This document shows, piece by piece, positions 59,301 through 64,000 of a DNA stretch of 64,000 bases (within the stretch, counting starts at the first letter, position 1; the number at the start of each line of letters is the position of its first letter). The DNA comes from Lingula anatina (lineage: Eukaryota > Animalia > Brachiopoda), in the NCBI GenBank assembly GCA_051362555.1, contig CM120640.1, forward strand, positions 65,078,788-65,142,787, written 5' to 3'. Below the pieces are notes generated by a model. It saw only the letters and a list, made by a program, of their open reading frames with translations. It did not search any database and was not told the origin of the DNA. Made by a program: the position numbers and the translations under genes.

Positions 59301-60364
59301 TTAAACCAAATATGTTAACAGATTCTTATTTTATGTTTAAAATTTTGCAGATCTCCTAGTCATAGAAAAAGAAGAGCATCAAAGTCCAAATCTCCAGAGG
59401 CTCGTAAACTTCCTCTTTCCACCGGCATGACCAGAATACCGTCATCAAGTTCCATCAAGTCTGACCAAGCAAGGGAATCATTTGATGATGTGATATCCAG
59501 TGGACCCAGGTGTGTTATAATGTTTACGATGTCTGAATAAGCTTTATCATTATTATGGTGAATATCTGAGGCTAATGAAGTGAGGTTAAAATGGTGAATT
59601 AAGGGAAATGTAACAGAAGCGCTATCAAAATCTGCTTCATGGAATATTGTGTTCCAGTGATACCCCCTCCCACACACTTGTCTTCACATAAACACTTCCA
59701 TTCAGAGTAATTCATATTGGCATATTGGTTATGAAGCATCCTTTTTTATTGTAGCAATGCCAATGGTGCTGAAATCATATCCAAGGAAGCAATATTACCA
59801 ACCTTATCTGACTCCGAGGCCTCCCATGGTTCCCCTGCCAAAATGGCTGTCAGCAGAGAGGCCAGTTCCACAGCTATCATGTCAACAGAAGACACATACT
59901 CTGATGTGAGGGCAGTTTGTATTTTAGTGTGTGTGTTTTGGAATGGGACTGATATTATGATTATTTCTCGCTACCTTATAATTTTCACAATACAGTTTTG
60001 TACCCAAAAGCCTAACAGACCCATTTTTTTCTATTAATCAGATCTGTTTGAGATAAACGTACTTTTTGACTCACACGCAACTAGCCTGATATTCACTGTT
60101 ATTCATTCAACTGATATTTAATAATGTTTATGTACATATCTGTTTACACTGACACTAGACCCACAAGCCACTAAATTATGGCTACAGCCCAGGTCAAAGC
60201 ATGAATACATGATTTAATGAACATCAAAGTACTATTAATGATAAATATTTTTAAATGCAGGTCTCTTTAATTTTCAGGAGATACTAAGTAAAGTCCGTGC
60301 CATGCTTAAAAAAAACAGACAAGATGCGTTGAAAGACGACAACATTTTTACAGATGATGGATGA
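50367..60364 (+). CDS. SFSWAP: Splicing factor suppressor of white-apricot homolog, 18 exons
   Basis: Exons 50367-50551, 52235-52398, 52791-52907, 53257-53333, 53633-53864, 54125-54210, 54727-54857, 55329-55613, 55837-56044, 56646-56685, 57159-57257, 57630-57773, 57980-58156, 58470-58812, 59041-59145, 59351-59509, 59755-59905, 60278-60364. DRY_EERY domain ([20 protein letters not shown]), two SURP domains (IIEKTANFV; [13 protein letters not shown]), [13 protein letters not shown] domain, C-terminal ILSKVRAML. Confidence 0.93.
54295..54620. mobile_element. Kolobok-like MITE in SFSWAP intron 6
   Basis: TTAA|AGGGATAATAACTCTTCG...CGAAGAGTTATTTTCCCT|TTAA; highly similar to 36451-36786. Confidence 0.82.
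58215..58506 (+). repeat. Perfect 146-bp tandem duplication spanning an SFSWAP intron/exon boundary
   Basis: 58215-58360 is identical to 58361-58506; each unit contains TCTCTCTGCAG|TCCCCTCTGCA. Confidence 0.92.
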
Positions 60365-63199
60365 CATTCACTTATTCCCAAGGAAAATTAGCAAGACTTA
60401 TAATAAGATTGTGGTTTGACGGTATTTTTTGCAAGTAATGTCACTTTAAAGACTGCTTGGTCCATGATAAGAGACGCCATCTCAGTGCACGCAGGACAGA
60501 AGTACAGACATATTGTTGCACCATTGAAGATTGTATGGTGCTTGATGTCATTCCTACACTATAGTATTTTCTGGAGAAAGTGTCAAAGTCATTCCTGTAT
60601 ATCCTATACCTATGTCTGTCAATTGATGGAAGATAAAAGGGACATGAAAGCACCCAGAGTCTGTGAGAAAGACTCCCCTTGACTGCCTTTGATTCTGTTT
60701 GAACAGAACACCTTTTACATTGTAGAGGTCATTATATTGGAGAAGTGGTTGAGTTAAAACTGTGTCTGTGAACGCTAATTATGCCTGTGTGCATAGGAGT
60801 GATGGGTGTTACTGGGGGTGCATACATTGTACAAATTGGTGCTGCCAGAAATCAATAAATTGTCCCCAACCTGTATTAAACAAGGTCATTTTTCTACATT
60901 TTGAAAAGGGAATGTACACCTTAGAGTGTAAATTAACTTATTGGTAACTTCTGGGAAAAAAGCATGCATGCCTTTGTGCACATCAATCTGAAGAAAAGTA
61001 TCAAATTGCTGCTTTATTTCACCAGCAAGGGGCCTTATTTATGCCATGACTAGACAAGCTACCTTGGACACCACAATTCACAGTTGCTACTTGCATCATT
61101 ATAGAGATCAGTGATAGTCTTGCATCATGACCTCTTCCAGGCACATTTGATTGCCCCATTTCATGAACATGCAAGTACCTCAAGGCAGCTGATCAAAAAA
61201 CCTTACTTTTAGGATCAAGGAAAAATTGTATTATTCTGACTTTTTTCAGTGAATGAGTTTTTCTTGGTAAATTTTAATTGGTTTGGTTGTTTGGAGTGGA
61301 CATTTATCAAAGAGGTAACTTAGGCCAGTTCATTACTTTGTCTCCACAATTTTGTAGAAGAAACTTTGCTGGCCTTTCATGATATTTAAGTCGGTGAACC
61401 TGTGGGCATATCAGACGTCTGTATGACTATGGTATCGGATTGTGTTACTGGTAGCTGTCATGAATATTTAATGATGTGGTAATGCTAAAGGATGCCTTGT
61501 TTTTCATAATCTCACATCGCTGTCATTTAAAGGTTTCAATTAAATAATCCATGACAGCCGTAAGTGGTGAATTTTTTCACTGAACTTTGGTGGGTATAAT
61601 TTAAGACTGGACTGCCACAATGTTATCTGTCAATCACCATAGTATGATATTACTTCAATTAAAAAATGAATGCATCTTTTCACAATGAATAAAAGTGAAT
61701 AATTTAATCATAAGTGGGGTGGTTATACAAAATAAATTGACCAATTCCCAGGTCATTGCATATAACTTTATTCATCAGTTAATCGGTGATGTTTGGCAAA
61801 TGTACGCTGCAATAGCATGCCAGAAAGTACTCCAAAGAGAATAAAAAACCAATACATGGATTTCAGTAATTTTGATATACACCTGTTCAGCTTTACTCCG
61901 GTAGGCAAAATGAGTTTTATTAAATCACCTTTTTGTATCACCTATGCTATCAAGCTATGGTTTGTCATAGTGGACGACTTTCAGTAAAATTTAACTTAAT
62001 ACCTTCCAAATGGTAAGTTTTTGTTACAGGCGTGAGCACAAGAAGGAGGGGGGATTGGTCCCTTCCACTTCTCCGTCAACCTGCCTAGTATGTTAAGTGA
62101 CATATGTTCCCAAAGGCCATTTTGCCTACCTACAGGAGTAAAAAACTGACTCAAAAAAGATAAGGATGAGCATAACTAGATTTGTGTTACAGCATTTGCT
62201 CTTTGTCTCAACTTTGGATACATACACGCACTTACACATCTTCTAGGACAAACAAGCAAAGTAGTAGGGCAACATTTGCAGTCGTCTTGCACCTAATTCC
62301 CTGAATGTTCAATCAAATGTCTACATGTTTCTTTCTTGATGTAGAGCCTTCTAGATATGGAGATTTAAAAACGGAACAGCTTGCACGCAACAGAGTGGAG
62401 GCTCAGGGTAACATCAAACTAATCAGCAAAGACAAACTGTAATTTCCAGTACATCACTAAGTGGATAACTGCTTCAATCAATAACTGACACATTCTGTGC
62501 AACCCTACCAAGCTGACAGCACTACCTTCAGCAATGGATTGCATGTGGTTCAATTTTATCATAATGAACAGCTGGAAAAAATCAGATTGTATCACAGAAT
62601 TACATTCCACATCTTGTGAATAAAATATGGAATATAATTTTCAGTTTCCCTTCACTGGGACCTTAATTATTTTAAATGGACATCACCTAAAAAGCAACCG
62701 AGGAAATGTAGGCTGTTTCAACTACAAATAATCTTTTCTCTGCATTGTTTCATATTTAAAGACTTCTATATTGTTAAAAATCAATAAAAAATCAATTAAT
62801 TTACCAAAAAAACTACCCATGTTTGCAAAATGTATGCAGTGAGATCAAACATTTCATCTCCATATTTGGCATCGTTGTTTTCTTTTCTCAAACAGTATGA
62901 ACTAGAGATACTGCTTTCTTGTAAACAAACCTCATGAGCTGCTACATCATCATATCTTATAATGCAGCCTTACTTTCCATGACAGTTTTGCCTTTTTATT
63001 AATACCTTCATACTAAAACCATAGAAATATCTCTGCATGATTTTAAAAAACTACAAGGATTTTCACATTGATCATGTACTGATCTGCAGTATTCTATCAG
63101 TTGTCCATACAGAATGATTCAGCAGTTTCCAAGACAACAGTACAATGCTAATGGCCTTTGGAAGATTTGGAATATTCCTCAATTATGGAGATCTGAAAA

Positions 63200-64000
63200 G
63201 AAACAAGGCAGCAAAGCTGTCAAATGTACAGACAAAAAACAGGAAATAACTATGCACAAAATAGGCTACTGTCATTTGTGATGCAAAAGTACATTATGTG
63301 AATGATTGAATCTGACAAACTGCAATGATATGAGTTTATTTCCATTTTTGAAACTTTATTACACAATACACGATGACAAGTTTACCATCATTTTTACAAA
63401 ATCAACTAACAATGTTGTAAAGATGCAGGAAATGTCAAACAAACACTTTTATGTATCTTATTAATTAAATAATGAAACTGTTAACATGCCTAAGAATTAA
63501 ATCTGAGGAAATGTGAAAAAACAGCATAACTTCTAAAATAATGGTTTGATCATGCTGATTTTCGAACTTGACCTGCGTTTTATGAATATTCATCAGCTCT
63601 GTAAATATAAAGCCAAAAAGTAAAACTGCCTTCCATTTATCTTGTTTACAATGAAAGTGCACGGCGCTGGCGACGGCGACGACAGATGCAGGTGATGGCA
63701 ATATGTACAGACACATCTATATATATTTACTGTACTGTTTGAGAACAGTAAGTGACATGGTTTTTCTTAAATGGTCATCATGGGAGCAGTGCCCAAAATA
63801 GGTTTTTTTCAAATTTTGATGCAATATTACATAATGTTTAACAGCATAATGACCATCAATTTTTAATAATAAAATATTAGTATCATGGATATTCAGAAAA
63901 TGTGACTAGCAAAGGTCTTCAGGCCCATGGAACTTCAAAGTCACAACTTAAAAATGCCAAAATGTAAACAAGACGGCACTGTTCTGAAATGTTTTTTTCC
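63200..64000 (+). mobile_element. Shortened, rearranged copies of the HINE-like element
   Basis: 63200-63718 shares the 5' end, the 160-bp unit and the GAC microsatellite with 35262-37400 (3' hairpin truncated); 63735-64000 matches ~35895-36140. Confidence 0.72.

Noticed and set aside
62419-62610. Possible terminal exon of a neighbouring minus-strand gene
   Set aside because: A plausible acceptor exists, but there is no recognisable protein motif and no linked upstream exon in the window.

Overview
AT-rich, intron-containing animal genomic DNA, probably a lophotrochozoan or mollusc (inferred from the repeat types; not proven). The left ~46 kb is a decaying tandem segmental duplication of a cassette [secreted multi-CUB/EGF gene (+), long pentraxin (-), myo-inositol oxygenase MIOX (-)]. 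It holds two CUB-EGF copies (each with different lesions), one pentraxin gene (deleted from copy 1), two MIOX pseudogenes and one intact 9-exon MIOX. Mobile DNA includes a full-length CR1-group LINE with a 2A-like peptide that replaced one whole CUB module, a Penelope-like fragment with two hammerhead ribozymes in inverted pLTRs, Helentron-like elements carrying satellite arrays, Kolobok-, hAT- and Harbinger-like MITEs, and RecQ-helicase and Tc1 relics. The right part has TMEM199/VMA12 (-) head-to-head with the splicing factor SFSWAP (+, 18 exons), which shows a candidate poison exon and a duplicated splice acceptor. All gene models were assembled by eye from GT-AG sites and translation; no database searches were run.
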